DNA from: Betaproteobacteria bacterium TMED22 | GTDB lineage: Bacteria; Pseudomonadota; Gammaproteobacteria; Burkholderiales; Eutrophovitaceae | Reading direction: 5' to 3' | DNA: 64,000 bases | NCBI GenBank assembly: GCA_002167745.1 | Contig: NHCB01000010.1 | Span: forward strand, 30,852-94,851 | The notes under the pieces: model-generated | Seen by the model: the letters and a program-made list of their open reading frames with translations, nothing else | Database searches by the model: none | What the model was told of the DNA's origin: nothing | Shown here: positions 18,927 to 29,404 of the stretch, in pieces | Numbering within the stretch: position 1 is the first letter of the stretch | Layout: each line of letters opens with the position of its first letter | Translations under genes and position numbers: made by a program

Positions 18927-19724
18927 ATGATCATTACTGTCGACAATCAAGCAACGTATATCTATACCGCGACTCAAAAAATACAAAATGACAAGCCAAC
19001 GATTCTATTTATTCATGGGGCTGCAAATGATCATAGTGTCTGGAATACGCAATGTAGATATTTTTCAACCCATGGGTGGAACGCATTGGCTATAGATCTC
19101 CCGGCACACGGACAAACAGATGGATCAGCATTAGATAGCATTTCCGCATTATCTGACTGGATTCAGAAATGCACCGAGATTCTCGAAATTGAAAAACTCT
19201 CGATCGTCGGACACAGCATGGGATCCTTAATTGGCCTGGAATTAGCGTCAAAATCTAACACCATTGTGAGTCGCTTAGCGTTAGTAGGTACCAACGCACC
19301 CATGCCTGTTTCAGAGCATTTATTAGAGACTTCAAAAAATAAGGCTGAGATAGCCTACCAAATGATCAATCAATACTCATTTAGCAGTCGAGCAAAACTT
19401 GGGAAAAATGATATTCCGGGTATATCAATGCTAGGCGTAAGTATTAAACTGATGCAACGGACTAAACCTGGTGTGTTACATGCAGATTTTGTAGCGTGTA
19501 ACTCATATGTAAACGGCATTACGGCGGCGGAAAAAATCGCCTGCCCCACTTTATTATTGCTCGGTTCTCAGGATAAGATGACGCCTGCACCTCGAGCAAA
19601 AGTAATGGGAGAAGTAATACCCAATAGCACTGTAAAAGTACTATCAGGTACTGGACATGCGCTGATGGCAGAACAACCTAATCAAGTGACCGACTGCCTA
19701 AAGGATTTTCTAATTGGTAATTAG
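18927..19724 (+). CDS. alpha/beta hydrolase
   Basis: HG oxyanion motif (FIHGAAND) and nucleophile elbow GHSMGS. Sits 14 nt after metY. Confidence 0.7.
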   Translation: MIITVDNQATYIYTATQKIQNDKPTILFIHGAANDHSVWNTQCRYFSTHGWNALAIDLPAHGQTDGSALDSISALSDWIQKCTEILEIEKLSIVGHSMGSLIGLELASKSNTIVSRLALVGTNAPMPVSEHLLETSKNKAEIAYQMINQYSFSSRAKLGKNDIPGISMLGVSIKLMQRTKPGVLHADFVACNSYVNGITAAEKIACPTLLLLGSQDKMTPAPRAKVMGEVIPNSTVKVLSGTGHALMAEQPNQVTDCLKDFLIGN

Positions 19725-19763
19725 ATGAAAGTCTTTATTTAAAAATAACACTAAAATCCAGAA

Positions 19764-20267
19764 CTAGACCTGTTTCAGCATTGTCTCGGCATCGCTTACA
19801 TCCATGCCGCGAGGAGCCTCTTCAAGGTTTACGGTTTTTACAATCCCATCTTCGATCAACATAGAGTAACGCTTTGAACGCACACCCAAGCCTCTTGCAG
19901 TTAGATCAACATCCATCCCAACAGCTTTAGTAAACTCAGCGCCACCATCTGCCATCATTCGAACTGATCCAGTCGCATTATTTTCTCGACCCCACGCACC
20001 CATCACAAAAGCATCATTGACAGATATGCACCAAATTTCATCAACTTTTTGCTTTAGCTCTGCCGCCTTTTCAACATAGCCAGGTAAATGTCTCACAGAG
20101 CAAGTCGGGGTGTACGCTCCTGGTAACGCGAACAGAGCGATCCGCTTACCTTTCACCAAATCCGACATCTTGAACTCATTGGGCCCAATGCTGCACCCTT
20201 CGGTTTCCTCGTCAATATATTCGCGTAGCGTACATTCCGGGATTGTATCCCCTACTTTGATAGTCAC
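19764..20267 (-). CDS. Prx5-type peroxiredoxin
   Basis: MTIKVGDTIPE N-terminus and peroxidatic Cys motif PGAYTPTCS. GTG start preceded by AAGGAG. Confidence 0.8.
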   Translation of the reverse strand: MTIKVGDTIPECTLREYIDEETEGCSIGPNEFKMSDLVKGKRIALFALPGAYTPTCSVRHLPGYVEKAAELKQKVDEIWCISVNDAFVMGAWGRENNATGSVRMMADGGAEFTKAVGMDVDLTARGLGVRSKRYSMLIEDGIVKTVNLEEAPRGMDVSDAETMLKQV

Positions 20268-20404
20268 TTGTTACTCCTTGTGAGAATAATTTTAGTTTTT
20301 CTTGACGGCCGCAATTATACTATTATGACCTTAGCTAATCTCAAGTATTTAACCCTAATGTGGGCGGGGACAATATACGACTTTTATATAATGATTTTTT
20401 CTGT

Positions 20405-20911
20405 ATGGCGTTAAAAAACTACATCACACCGAGCGGCATGAAACGACTCAAAAACGAAGCACTGCACTTGCTTGACGTTGAGCGACCTGAGCTTGTCAAA
20501 GTCATCCACTGGGCGGCATCTAACGGTGATCGATCTGAGAATGGTGACTATATTTACGGAAAGAAAAGACTTCGAGAAATTGATAAGCGCATAAGACTAC
20601 TCACTAAAAAGTTAGATAGCGCTGTAGTAATTGATCCCGAACACAGGGACGGTACAGACCAAGTCTTCTTCGGTGCAACTGTCTCATTTCAGCGGGCTGA
20701 CTCTTGTAAAGACACCATTTCTATCGTCGGCGTTGATGAGGCAGATGCAAAAAAAGGATTAGTTAGCTGGATTTCTCCGCTTGCAACCTGTTTATTGAAA
20801 GCTCGATCCGGTGACACAGTCTACCTTGACACACCGAGCGGCAAGGAGAAAGTGACACTAATAGCTGTTGAATACAAACGTATTGACATCGATTGCCCTC
20901 CCCTTCGCTAA
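20405..20911 (+). CDS. greB: transcription elongation factor GreB
   Basis: Strong resemblance to E. coli GreB (WAASNGDRSENGDYIYGKKRLREIDKRIRLL). Start moved to ATG 20405 because the 15-aa extension from 20360 has no counterpart in GreB. Confidence 0.85.
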   Translation: MALKNYITPSGMKRLKNEALHLLDVERPELVKVIHWAASNGDRSENGDYIYGKKRLREIDKRIRLLTKKLDSAVVIDPEHRDGTDQVFFGATVSFQRADSCKDTISIVGVDEADAKKGLVSWISPLATCLLKARSGDTVYLDTPSGKEKVTLIAVEYKRIDIDCPPLR

Positions 20912-21603
20912 CCTATTGACGCGTAAGCTGGACTCGATCGACCGAGACCATCAAACAAATCCAAAAGTCTCTCCTGATAATCAAAAACGTCATCAGACAC
21001 CTCAAAAACTTTTAGGCGCGATCCACAACGCATCCATTGAAAAATTCCAACCATAATATAGTCAGAGAAATTAGGCTCGAGTCCTCCCAAAAAATTTTGA
21101 GTTCTCAAGGTGTGTCTTAATGGGTCTAGTGCCTTTAAAAACTCAACACGTGCAGCTTCTGGATTACCACCCCAATCTTCTAGAGCGATGCCAAAACGAC
21201 TCTCCCGGGTCTTCCTGAAATGCTTTTTATCCGGCTCCTTTTGCGCATCATAAAAATCCAAAATTCCCATCCGAGAGACTAATGAGTGCAGCACTGTCTC
21301 CGTCCAATTTTTCACGAATAATGACTGCGCTCTTGACTCATTACCATCAAACAATGAGGCTTTAGGATACTTTCGATCTAAATACAGTGCGATATCCCAT
21401 GAATCGAAAACAACATGGTCATCATCAATTAAAACTGGCACCTTACCCTCGTTGGGTTTAGGCAAAAGATCTTTCTCTGTGAAGCATATTGGAATTTCCT
21501 TCCACACCAATCCCTTATGGGCTAATGCGTACTTAATTCTCCAGCAAAAAGGAGAAAATCGAATGTCGGGATACTTCGTCGCTAAATCATAAAGTTTAAT
21601 CAT
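20908..21603 (-). CDS. glutathione S-transferase family protein
   Basis: Thioredoxin-like N-terminal GST domain (SPFCWRIKYAL, VPVLIDD) plus a helical C-terminal domain. Confidence 0.6.
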   Translation of the reverse strand: MIKLYDLATKYPDIRFSPFCWRIKYALAHKGLVWKEIPICFTEKDLLPKPNEGKVPVLIDDDHVVFDSWDIALYLDRKYPKASLFDGNESRAQSLFVKNWTETVLHSLVSRMGILDFYDAQKEPDKKHFRKTRESRFGIALEDWGGNPEAARVEFLKALDPLRHTLRTQNFLGGLEPNFSDYIMVGIFQWMRCGSRLKVFEVSDDVFDYQERLLDLFDGLGRSSPAYASIG

Positions 21604-21606
21604 GGA

Positions 21607-22311
21607 CTAACCTTTTCTTCTAATTGTATGAGAACCTTGCCCAAACAGAATTTTCTTTGAATCCTCGTCCACAACGGGGCCCCGGCTGATATCTTTACCC
21701 TTCGCATACGCTCGAACTACCGATTCTTTCGATCGAATGCGTGCGTACCATTTTTTTATGGCTGGAAAATCGTCTAGATCCTGTCGCTGCCTTTTATGTA
21801 AAACGACCCAAGGATAGCAAGCCATATCCGCGATCGAGTAGTCTTCCGCTATATATTCACGCCCGTCCAGTTGTTTATCCAAAACAGCATACAAACGAGC
21901 AGTCTCATTCACATAGCGCTCTATCGCATAAGGAATCGGATCAGGTGCATACGACACGAAATGGTGATTTTGACCTGCCATCGGTCCGAGGCCACCCATT
22001 TGCCAAAATAACCACTCCATAACCTGAGCCTTCTTACGCAGATCATTCGAAATAAACTGACCAGTCTTTTCCGCTAGATATTGGAGAATAGCACCCGATT
22101 CAAAAATAGAAATAGGCTCTCCCCCATCCATGGGTTCATCATCAATGATCGCCGGCATACGGTTATTCGGAGCAATCTTTAAAAAGGAGGTTTCAAATTG
22201 CTCTCCACGGCCAATATTGATTGGGACAATCTCATAACCCAAGTTTGCCTCCTCTAAAAACATCGTAATCTTATGACCATTAGGTGTAGGCCAATAAAAT
22301 AGCTTGATCAT
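21607..22311 (-). CDS. glutathione S-transferase, Nu-class YfcG/YghU-like
   Basis: N-terminus LFYWPTPNGHKITMFLEE..., NNRMPAIID, ESGAILQYLAEK. Confidence 0.7.
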   Translation of the reverse strand: MIKLFYWPTPNGHKITMFLEEANLGYEIVPINIGRGEQFETSFLKIAPNNRMPAIIDDEPMDGGEPISIFESGAILQYLAEKTGQFISNDLRKKAQVMEWLFWQMGGLGPMAGQNHHFVSYAPDPIPYAIERYVNETARLYAVLDKQLDGREYIAEDYSIADMACYPWVVLHKRQRQDLDDFPAIKKWYARIRSKESVVRAYAKGKDISRGPVVDEDSKKILFGQGSHTIRRKG

Positions 22312-22329
22312 TTCTTCCTCCTCACCGAA

Positions 22330-23013
22330 TTAATCATATTTTGTCTCATGAGCCGCACAAATTTGGTCTGCAATTAACTTAAAGCTCTCCGCGATAATCG
22401 TAGGTTTGGGTGCAATCGGATTAGCCGCGATACCAACCCTTTTAATTAATGCACCTTTACAGCCAATAGCCATCGCACCGGCTACGTCCCAGGCATGCGC
22501 GGCTATTAAATAAGCATTACTGGGTTCGACATCTATTTTCTGGGTCGCGTGCACATAAACTTTCGCGTCTGGCTTGAGTGTCTTAACTTCCTCAACTGAT
22601 ATAACTGTTTCAAAAAAATCTATCAGTCCAGCGTACTTTAATTGCTCCTCGGCCACAGCAACCGGCGAGTTTGTCAGCGCAACCATACGAAAACCAGCCG
22701 ACTTTAGTATGGTTAAGCCAGGTATTACATCGTCATGTGGTGGCAACTTTTTCATCCCGCCAACAATATCGACTAATGCATCCTCTGTGAGCGAGAGTTC
22801 ATGACGGTCGACAACCATTGCCAAGGCTGAGCGACCGACCTCCGCAAAGTTTCTAGACCACCCAAGAATTACAGATAACATTGCTGTCTGAATGACTTGC
22901 TCAAACCACTCACTGACAACGATCTTATCGCCAAAATGAGATTTGAAGTGAGGTTCTAAAACTTTCAAATCAAGTAGGGATTCATTCACATCAAAAAATA
23001 ATACTGGGCGCAT
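22330..23013 (-). CDS. haloacid dehalogenase type II (HAD superfamily)
   Basis: Nucleophile motif FFDVNESLLD. Start moved to ATG 23013 (MRPVLFFDV...); the upstream 22 codons in the track look non-coding. Confidence 0.65.
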   Translation of the reverse strand: MRPVLFFDVNESLLDLKVLEPHFKSHFGDKIVVSEWFEQVIQTAMLSVILGWSRNFAEVGRSALAMVVDRHELSLTEDALVDIVGGMKKLPPHDDVIPGLTILKSAGFRMVALTNSPVAVAEEQLKYAGLIDFFETVISVEEVKTLKPDAKVYVHATQKIDVEPSNAYLIAAHAWDVAGAMAIGCKGALIKRVGIAANPIAPKPTIIAESFKLIADQICAAHETKYD

Positions 23014-23143
23014 GTGTGTCCTTTCTTTACAGCAACACGGTTTATTCACTAAGGCTTCCTCTTGTGCCTCCCAAGTCACAAAGTAAAGCGTGTATTCGTA
23101 TAAACTAAAGAAGATACAAAGAACTAATTATGTAAAGGGTAGC

Positions 23144-24517
23144 ATGTCTAACTACGATCTTATTGTAATAGGTGGCGGAAGCGGCGGCGTCGCAACAGCC
23201 AATCGCGCGAGCTCTTACGGGGCGAAAGTTGCGTTGATAGAAAAAGGGCGAATGGGTGGCACCTGCGTTAACGTTGGGTGTGTGCCCAAAAAAATTATGT
23301 GGTCGGCCGCCAGCCTTCATGAGGCGTTCACAGAAGCAAAAAACTATGGATTTGAAGCTCAAATCAATGGGCTGGATTGGGCGAAGCTCAAAGATCAGCG
23401 AGATAACTATATTCAAAGGCTCAATGCCGGTTATGAACGTGGGTTGGATGGGAATAAAGTTGAAGTTATTAAAGGTGAAGCAGTTTTTGAATCAAAAAAT
23501 ACAATCGTTGTTGGAGAAAAAAGGTTTGAAAGCTCTCACATATTAATTGCAACCGGTGGCTATCCAATGGTTCCGGATACTACTGGCGCTCAACTAGGCA
23601 TTACATCAGATGGTTTTTTTGAACTTAAAAAACAACCTAAAAAAGTCGCTGTTATTGGTGCAGGTTATATTGCTGTGGAATTCTCCGGCCTTCTCAATGC
23701 TCTTGGTTCGGATGTATCACTCTTTCTGAGAAGAAACGAGTTTTTACGTCATTTTGATCATTCGATTCGCGCACGCTTAACGGAGGAGATGGACAAGGAC
23801 GGAGTTCGAATAGTTAAAAATACAGCGATCAAAGAGCTCATCAGCCAAAACGGTACGCTTTCCTTAAAATCAACCTCTGATGAAATACACACTGATTTTG
23901 AAGAAGTCATATGGGCAGTAGGCCGCACGCCGAATACACACACGCTCAATCTCAAAAGTACAGGGGTACGCACGACAAAATCGGGGCATGTCACGGTCAA
24001 TAAATATCAAGAGACTAATATCTCTGGAATCTATGCCGTTGGAGACATAACGGGACATCACGAATTAACACCCGTTGCTATTGCAGCGGGTAGGCGTCTG
24101 GCTGATCGATTATTTGATGGGCAGGAAGATCGTCACCTAGTTTATGAAAACATACCAACGGTCATATTCAGCCATCCTCCAATCGGAACCGTGGGACTAA
24201 CCGAAGAAGAAGCCATCGAAAAATTCGGCATCACCAACGTTAGGGTCTATGAAAGCCAATTTAAACCTATGCACTACGCATTTAATCCAGAGGGAGCCCG
24301 TTGTCTAATGAAGTTAATCGTAGCCGGACCAGAAGAACAAGTCATAGGATGCCATGGCATCGGGATGGGTATGGATGAAATGATGCAAGGCTTTGCAGTT
24401 GCAGTTCGTATGGGCGCAACCAAAAAAGATTTCGATGAAACCGTGGCGATTCATCCAACGGCTGCAGAAGAAATGGTCACCATGAAAACATCTAGAGCGG
24501 CTGAAAATAATAATTAA
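23144..24517 (+). CDS. gor: glutathione-disulfide reductase
   Basis: GGGSGG FAD motif, redox-active [13 protein letters not shown], and a C-terminal HPTAAEE His-Glu pair. Start moved to ATG 23144 ([12 protein letters not shown]). Confidence 0.85.
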   Translation: MSNYDLIVIGGGSGGVATANRASSYGAKVALIEKGRMGGTCVNVGCVPKKIMWSAASLHEAFTEAKNYGFEAQINGLDWAKLKDQRDNYIQRLNAGYERGLDGNKVEVIKGEAVFESKNTIVVGEKRFESSHILIATGGYPMVPDTTGAQLGITSDGFFELKKQPKKVAVIGAGYIAVEFSGLLNALGSDVSLFLRRNEFLRHFDHSIRARLTEEMDKDGVRIVKNTAIKELISQNGTLSLKSTSDEIHTDFEEVIWAVGRTPNTHTLNLKSTGVRTTKSGHVTVNKYQETNISGIYAVGDITGHHELTPVAIAAGRRLADRLFDGQEDRHLVYENIPTVIFSHPPIGTVGLTEEEAIEKFGITNVRVYESQFKPMHYAFNPEGARCLMKLIVAGPEEQVIGCHGIGMGMDEMMQGFAVAVRMGATKKDFDETVAIHPTAAEEMVTMKTSRAAENNN

Positions 24518-24554
24518 AAATACTTTTAAATATAAACCTAACCGGGAGCCACAC

Positions 24555-24905
24555 ATGAGCATCACCAGAATCGATTCAAATGAGCGCATGTCTCAGGTCG
24601 TAATACACGGCAATATCATCTACACAGCCGGCATTGTGGCTGGAGACCCAAATACCGATGTACAAGGACAAACGGGTCAGATACTAGATACCATTGACCA
24701 GCACCTCCAATCAAATGGCTCAGACAAAACAAAAATACTCTCTGCAACTATTTGGTTAGCGGATATGAATGAATTTGACGACATGAATGCAATATGGGAT
24801 ATGTGGGTAGCTAAAGGGAACCCTCCAGTCAGAGCTTGTGTGGAGTCAAAACTCGCAGCACCACAATACAAGGTGGAAATTCAAGTAACTGCGGTAAAAG
24901 AGTAA
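24555..24905 (+). CDS. RidA/YjgF family protein
   Basis: 116 aa with a YjgF-like pattern (VIHGNIIYTAG..., RACVESKLAAPQYKVEIQ). Confidence 0.7.
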   Translation: MSITRIDSNERMSQVVIHGNIIYTAGIVAGDPNTDVQGQTGQILDTIDQHLQSNGSDKTKILSATIWLADMNEFDDMNAIWDMWVAKGNPPVRACVESKLAAPQYKVEIQVTAVKE

Positions 24906-24942
24906 ATCACCACTAAAATTTTAATGCTTATATCCGTTGCGC

Positions 24943-25818
24943 CTAGGATTTTCTAGGACCTAGTGCAACGTATAGCCCTGCTCCAACAATAACCACCATA
25001 CCTAAAAATCCCATGTCAGTAGGGAGATGATCAAAAGCAAAATAGCCTAACAAAGTCGCCCATATCAATTGCACGTAGGTTAGCGGTGATAAAAACGATG
25101 CGTCCTCGAGCTCCATGGCCTTGATCAGCATAAAATGTCCGAACGCTCCAGCAAACCCTAAAAACACAAATAGCGGTAAATCTTCAAGATGCGGAGTCAC
25201 CCAGAAAACTGGGACGACAAGACTAATTAATATAGACCCAACAAATCCCGTATAAAAAAGTGTGGTGACGGGGTACTCGGTCGCACTAAAGCGACGCGTC
25301 ATGATTTGATAAAGGCTATAACAGACAGCTGCCAAAAGCGGAAGTACAAAATACCAACTAAAAGTACCTGTCGGACCAACCACGAGTAATACGCCGAGCA
25401 ATCCAACAACAACGGCGATCCAACGACCTCTGGACACACGTTCTTTAAGAAACCAAAAGGCAAAGATCGTCACGAGCAACGGGGACACAAAACTAATCGA
25501 CTTTGCCGTAGCGAGGGGCAGACCGCTCAATGCCGTAAAGTAAAGTAACGTCGATCCCATTAATAACAACGCTCTGATCACCTGCGCTTTAGTATTTTTT
25601 GTTTTGATCAAGCGAGAACCATACCTCGGACCAAGTAGCACCACCATCAGAAAAAAATGTGTTACGTACCGAAACCAAACTATCAATGGTACTGGATAGG
25701 ATTGGCTAAGTGATTTGGCTACCGTCTCCAACATAGCAAATAAAAGGACCATCCCCATCATGAACAGTATGGCTTGATGCGTCGGTTTTAAATCAGAGAG
25801 AATAAGAGACAAAAACAA
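24943..25818 (-). CDS. DMT superfamily (EamA-type) transporter
   Basis: Ten predicted TM helices in two EamA-like halves. The start is uncertain: TTG at 25818 or an internal Met. Confidence 0.7.
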   Translation of the reverse strand: MFLSLILSDLKPTHQAILFMMGMVLLFAMLETVAKSLSQSYPVPLIVWFRYVTHFFLMVVLLGPRYGSRLIKTKNTKAQVIRALLLMGSTLLYFTALSGLPLATAKSISFVSPLLVTIFAFWFLKERVSRGRWIAVVVGLLGVLLVVGPTGTFSWYFVLPLLAAVCYSLYQIMTRRFSATEYPVTTLFYTGFVGSILISLVVPVFWVTPHLEDLPLFVFLGFAGAFGHFMLIKAMELEDASFLSPLTYVQLIWATLLGYFAFDHLPTDMGFLGMVVIVGAGLYVALGPRKS

Positions 25819-25983
25819 CTTTCAAAAATATTTATATAGAAACGCCGGCGATGGGATTTTACGTCATTCCAAAATTAATAGACACGTACTCCAAAAAACT
25901 TAGGAGCAACAGTCAACTTTAAAAACTACAATGTATGTCTTGTGGGCATATTCGAATTAAGACAATTCAACAAAGGACCATAA

Positions 25984-27258
25984 ATGATAAAAATCAAAAT
26001 AACTGTGTATTTTTTTCTGGTAGCTTTCGCATTCTGCTCTACGCACTTAAGTTACGCGAACCCATTACCTACCGTTGAACCAGAGTCCGTCGGTATGTCT
26101 TCGGAACGGCTCAATAGAATCACCCAAACGTTTCAGCGTCATATTGATGCTAAACGCCTTCCTGGAGTTGTCATTCGTATCGCGCGCGAAGGGAAAATCG
26201 TCTACTCCAGTGCTCTTGGCTGGCAAGATATCAATTCAGATATACCCATGGCACACGATTCAATCTTTCGCATTTATTCGATGACTAAACCCATCGTAAG
26301 TGTCGCTGCTATGACGCTAGTAGAAGCTGGTTTTCTTTCTCTATCTGACCCAGTATCAAAATATATACCGCTATTTCAAGATGCACGAGTCGGAATAGAA
26401 ACAATCAGCAGCGACGGAGTTAACTCACTGCAAACTACTAAAGCTCGAAAACCCATAACAATTCAAGATCTCATGCGACACACATCCGGGTTGACCTATG
26501 GTCGGTTTGGAAAAAGAACACTAGTAAAAGAGAAATATTTGGCGGCAAATTTGAGCTCGCTTGATTGGACTCTTGAAGCATATGCGAACACGCTTGCCAC
26601 ACTACCCTTAACAAGTGAGCCAGGAACTACATGGGAGTACGGGCGATCAACGGATGTTTTGGGTCGAGTTGTCGAGATCGTCTCAGGCATGTCGCTTGAC
26701 AAATATTTAAGTAAAACTATTTTTTTCCCGTTACGCATGCACGACACTAGTTTCGGGGTCCCAAAACGAAAGCATGGTCGTATTGCAGAAAATATGGAAG
26801 ACATCAAAACGGGGAAGAAAATTAATCTTATCAACGTCAGAGAACCTATGACGCTATTCGCAGGCGGGCATGGTCTATCTTCCACGGCCGACGATTACAT
26901 TCGTTTTTGTCAAATGATGTTAAATGGTGGTGAACTCGATGGAATTCGGATCCTATCACCGACCACAGTAAGCTTCATGTCGGCGAATCACTTAAATAAA
27001 AAAATAAGCAACGGCTCCCTATACCTCCCTGGGCCCGGCTACGGTTTTGGTTTAGGGTTTGCAACAAGGCTAGAGGAGGGTCAATCAGTATGGCCCGGAT
27101 CAACAGGAGAATACTTTTGGGCTGGATACGGCGGAACCTACTTCTGGATTGATCCAAGAGAGTCGTTAACCGTATCCTTCATGTCACAAGATCCGTATAG
27201 ACGAAATGAACATCGAGTGCTCTTACGCAACTTAGTCTATCAATCCATTATTAAATAA
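25984..27258 (+). CDS. exported serine hydrolase, class C beta-lactamase/esterase family
   Basis: Signal peptide, SxxK motif (YSMTKPI) and a YGR-type second motif; 424 aa. Confidence 0.7.
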   Translation: MIKIKITVYFFLVAFAFCSTHLSYANPLPTVEPESVGMSSERLNRITQTFQRHIDAKRLPGVVIRIAREGKIVYSSALGWQDINSDIPMAHDSIFRIYSMTKPIVSVAAMTLVEAGFLSLSDPVSKYIPLFQDARVGIETISSDGVNSLQTTKARKPITIQDLMRHTSGLTYGRFGKRTLVKEKYLAANLSSLDWTLEAYANTLATLPLTSEPGTTWEYGRSTDVLGRVVEIVSGMSLDKYLSKTIFFPLRMHDTSFGVPKRKHGRIAENMEDIKTGKKINLINVREPMTLFAGGHGLSSTADDYIRFCQMMLNGGELDGIRILSPTTVSFMSANHLNKKISNGSLYLPGPGYGFGLGFATRLEEGQSVWPGSTGEYFWAGYGGTYFWIDPRESLTVSFMSQDPYRRNEHRVLLRNLVYQSIIK

Positions 27259-27268
27259 CGGAGTACAT

Positions 27269-28054
27269 ATGTCAGACAGATTATTCTCAGTCAAAGACCA
27301 AGTCGTTCTGGTTACTGGTGGAAGCCGCGGTATTGGCAAAGAGCTTGCCTTGGCGTTTGCAAGTAGAAATGCGCACGTCATCATAGCTGGTCGACACAAA
27401 CAAACGCTCGATGAAGCAGCAACTGAAATATCTACACCATCAAACCAAGTCACCGCAGAAATTTGTGATATTTCGAGGACTGATGATGTTGATGCATTAA
27501 TTGAATCCGTAATCTCTCGACATGGCAGGATAGATACGCTTATAAACGTAGCCGGCATCAATAAACGAATGAAAGCCGAAAGTTACACGGCAGAAGAATA
27601 CGACTCCATTACAAATATAAATGCCAAAGGAGTATGGCTCACCACTCAAGCGGTCGGGAGAGAAATGATCCCTCAAGGCAGTGGAGCTATTATCAACGTA
27701 GACTCACTTAATACTTACGCGCCGCTGCGCGGAACGACGCCTTATGCAATGAGTAAGGCAAGTGTGCTGATGATGACACGGGGATTAGCAAATGAGTGGG
27801 GACGTCACGGTATACGGGTCAATTCGATTGCTCCCGGATTCATCCTGACAGATTTAACAAAAAAAGTATGGGCTGATGAAACCATGCAAGAGTGGGGAAA
27901 CATCAACACGCCACTTGGGCGACTCGGGACAGTTTCAGACCTAATAGGTGCAGCAATATTCCTTGCCTCTAGCGCATCACAATTTATGTCCGGACAAACA
28001 TTGAGAGTAGATGGCGGATTCACCGCAGGGATCAATTGGCCTATCGAACTGTAA
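27269..28054 (+). CDS. short-chain dehydrogenase/reductase
   Basis: TGGSRGIG, NVAG, and catalytic YAMSKAS (YxxxK). Confidence 0.75.
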   Translation: MSDRLFSVKDQVVLVTGGSRGIGKELALAFASRNAHVIIAGRHKQTLDEAATEISTPSNQVTAEICDISRTDDVDALIESVISRHGRIDTLINVAGINKRMKAESYTAEEYDSITNINAKGVWLTTQAVGREMIPQGSGAIINVDSLNTYAPLRGTTPYAMSKASVLMMTRGLANEWGRHGIRVNSIAPGFILTDLTKKVWADETMQEWGNINTPLGRLGTVSDLIGAAIFLASSASQFMSGQTLRVDGGFTAGINWPIEL

Positions 28055-28099
28055 GAGATACCGTTAAGTAAAAACCCTAGCCTATCGACAGACACACAT

Positions 28100-29374
28100 A
28101 TGACATTGTTCTCGCTCAACGAGGTGAAGAATCGGATAATAAAAGGCGCTAGCGGCGTAAAGCTACTTTTCAGTCTTGCGCTATGTTTTCCGCTATCGAC
28201 GCATTCAGCCTCGGAGGTAACAACACTAGGAGGTGAAGCTTTTCAAACTCGATGGGTCATTCCTTTCTTAATTAGCGGTTCTTGGGGTCGAGGTCCACAC
28301 TCTAACGCCGAATCTTGTTTAGATTGTCATCAATCTGGTAATAATCCATTTCTACTTGAGTCAGCCAGTAACGAGATAAGCCCTGTAATCTTAAAAGTTC
28401 GCGACAGAAACGGACTGAAGGGACATAGAAATTACGGCAACGAAATCAGTCGATTTGGGATTGCCGGCAAGTTACATCCCGAGGGAGATTTCTTGCTAAA
28501 TTGGGAAACAAGACAAATCGAAGACTATGTACTTAGTTACCCATCTGCTCAAATTACACAATTAAATTTTGAGCCACTAAACTCAAGCTATGCTTTATCT
28601 GTTCGTATGGGACGTGCTTTAAACGATATTGGCGCACTTGAATCAATTTCACCGTCACAGTTACAAGAAATAGTCGACGAACAAAAGCTACTCGGATTAA
28701 ATGGACGTATTAATTACGTAGTCGATCCAAATACAAAAAAAGTGAGCATTGGACGTTATGGGTACAAAGCATCCTCCCCCTCCTTATTTGACCAAATCAG
28801 TAAGGCCTTTAGGGATGAACTGGGAGTCACATCCGCTTCCTACCCGGCTAATCCCTGCGCGGCAAAGCCTGGGGTTTGCTCAAGCCTAAATACAGTTGGA
28901 GGCCTTGAGATTTCTAAGGATAAAATAATTGCTTTGACAACATTCATCCGAAATCCTAAACCACAAAATCCGCCTAAGCCAGACATACGTAGAGGTACTG
29001 GTAAAGATCTATTTGCAAAAATAGGTTGTAACCGATGTCATCGGTCTGACCTTTATGCTTCCTCGCAGTACCAAGCAGATCCAAAATATGATCGTCCGCT
29101 CTATACAGATCTACTCATTCATGACATGGGTATCGGTTTAGCTGATGGAATGAAGGAGTTTCTTGCTGGCCCTCAAGACTGGAGAACCCCACCTTTATCT
29201 GGAATAAAAAAACACTTAAGTTTAGGAGGCACATTACTTCACGATGGTCGGGCTCAATCGATACAAGAAGCTATCCTTTGGCATGACGGCGAAGCTAAAG
29301 ATGTTAGAGTAAACTATTTATCATTGAATGACGACCAAAAATTATTGCTAGAATACTTCATTAACCAGTTGTGA
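28100..29374 (+). CDS. di-haem c-type enzyme (DUF1111 / thiol oxidoreductase-like)
   Basis: Signal peptide and two CxxCH haem sites (CLDCH, CNRCH); 424 aa. Confidence 0.65.
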   Translation: MTLFSLNEVKNRIIKGASGVKLLFSLALCFPLSTHSASEVTTLGGEAFQTRWVIPFLISGSWGRGPHSNAESCLDCHQSGNNPFLLESASNEISPVILKVRDRNGLKGHRNYGNEISRFGIAGKLHPEGDFLLNWETRQIEDYVLSYPSAQITQLNFEPLNSSYALSVRMGRALNDIGALESISPSQLQEIVDEQKLLGLNGRINYVVDPNTKKVSIGRYGYKASSPSLFDQISKAFRDELGVTSASYPANPCAAKPGVCSSLNTVGGLEISKDKIIALTTFIRNPKPQNPPKPDIRRGTGKDLFAKIGCNRCHRSDLYASSQYQADPKYDRPLYTDLLIHDMGIGLADGMKEFLAGPQDWRTPPLSGIKKHLSLGGTLLHDGRAQSIQEAILWHDGEAKDVRVNYLSLNDDQKLLLEYFINQL

Positions 29375-29404
29375 CCATACAAACCAAAAAAATAACACTT
29401 ATCC

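Noticed and set aside
20268-20404. TTGACG and TATAAT-like hexamers considered as a greB promoter.
   Set aside because: The spacing between TTGACG (20311) and the nearest good -10 is wrong (13 nt or more than 60 nt). TATAAT at ~20391 has no acceptable -35. Not reported as a feature.
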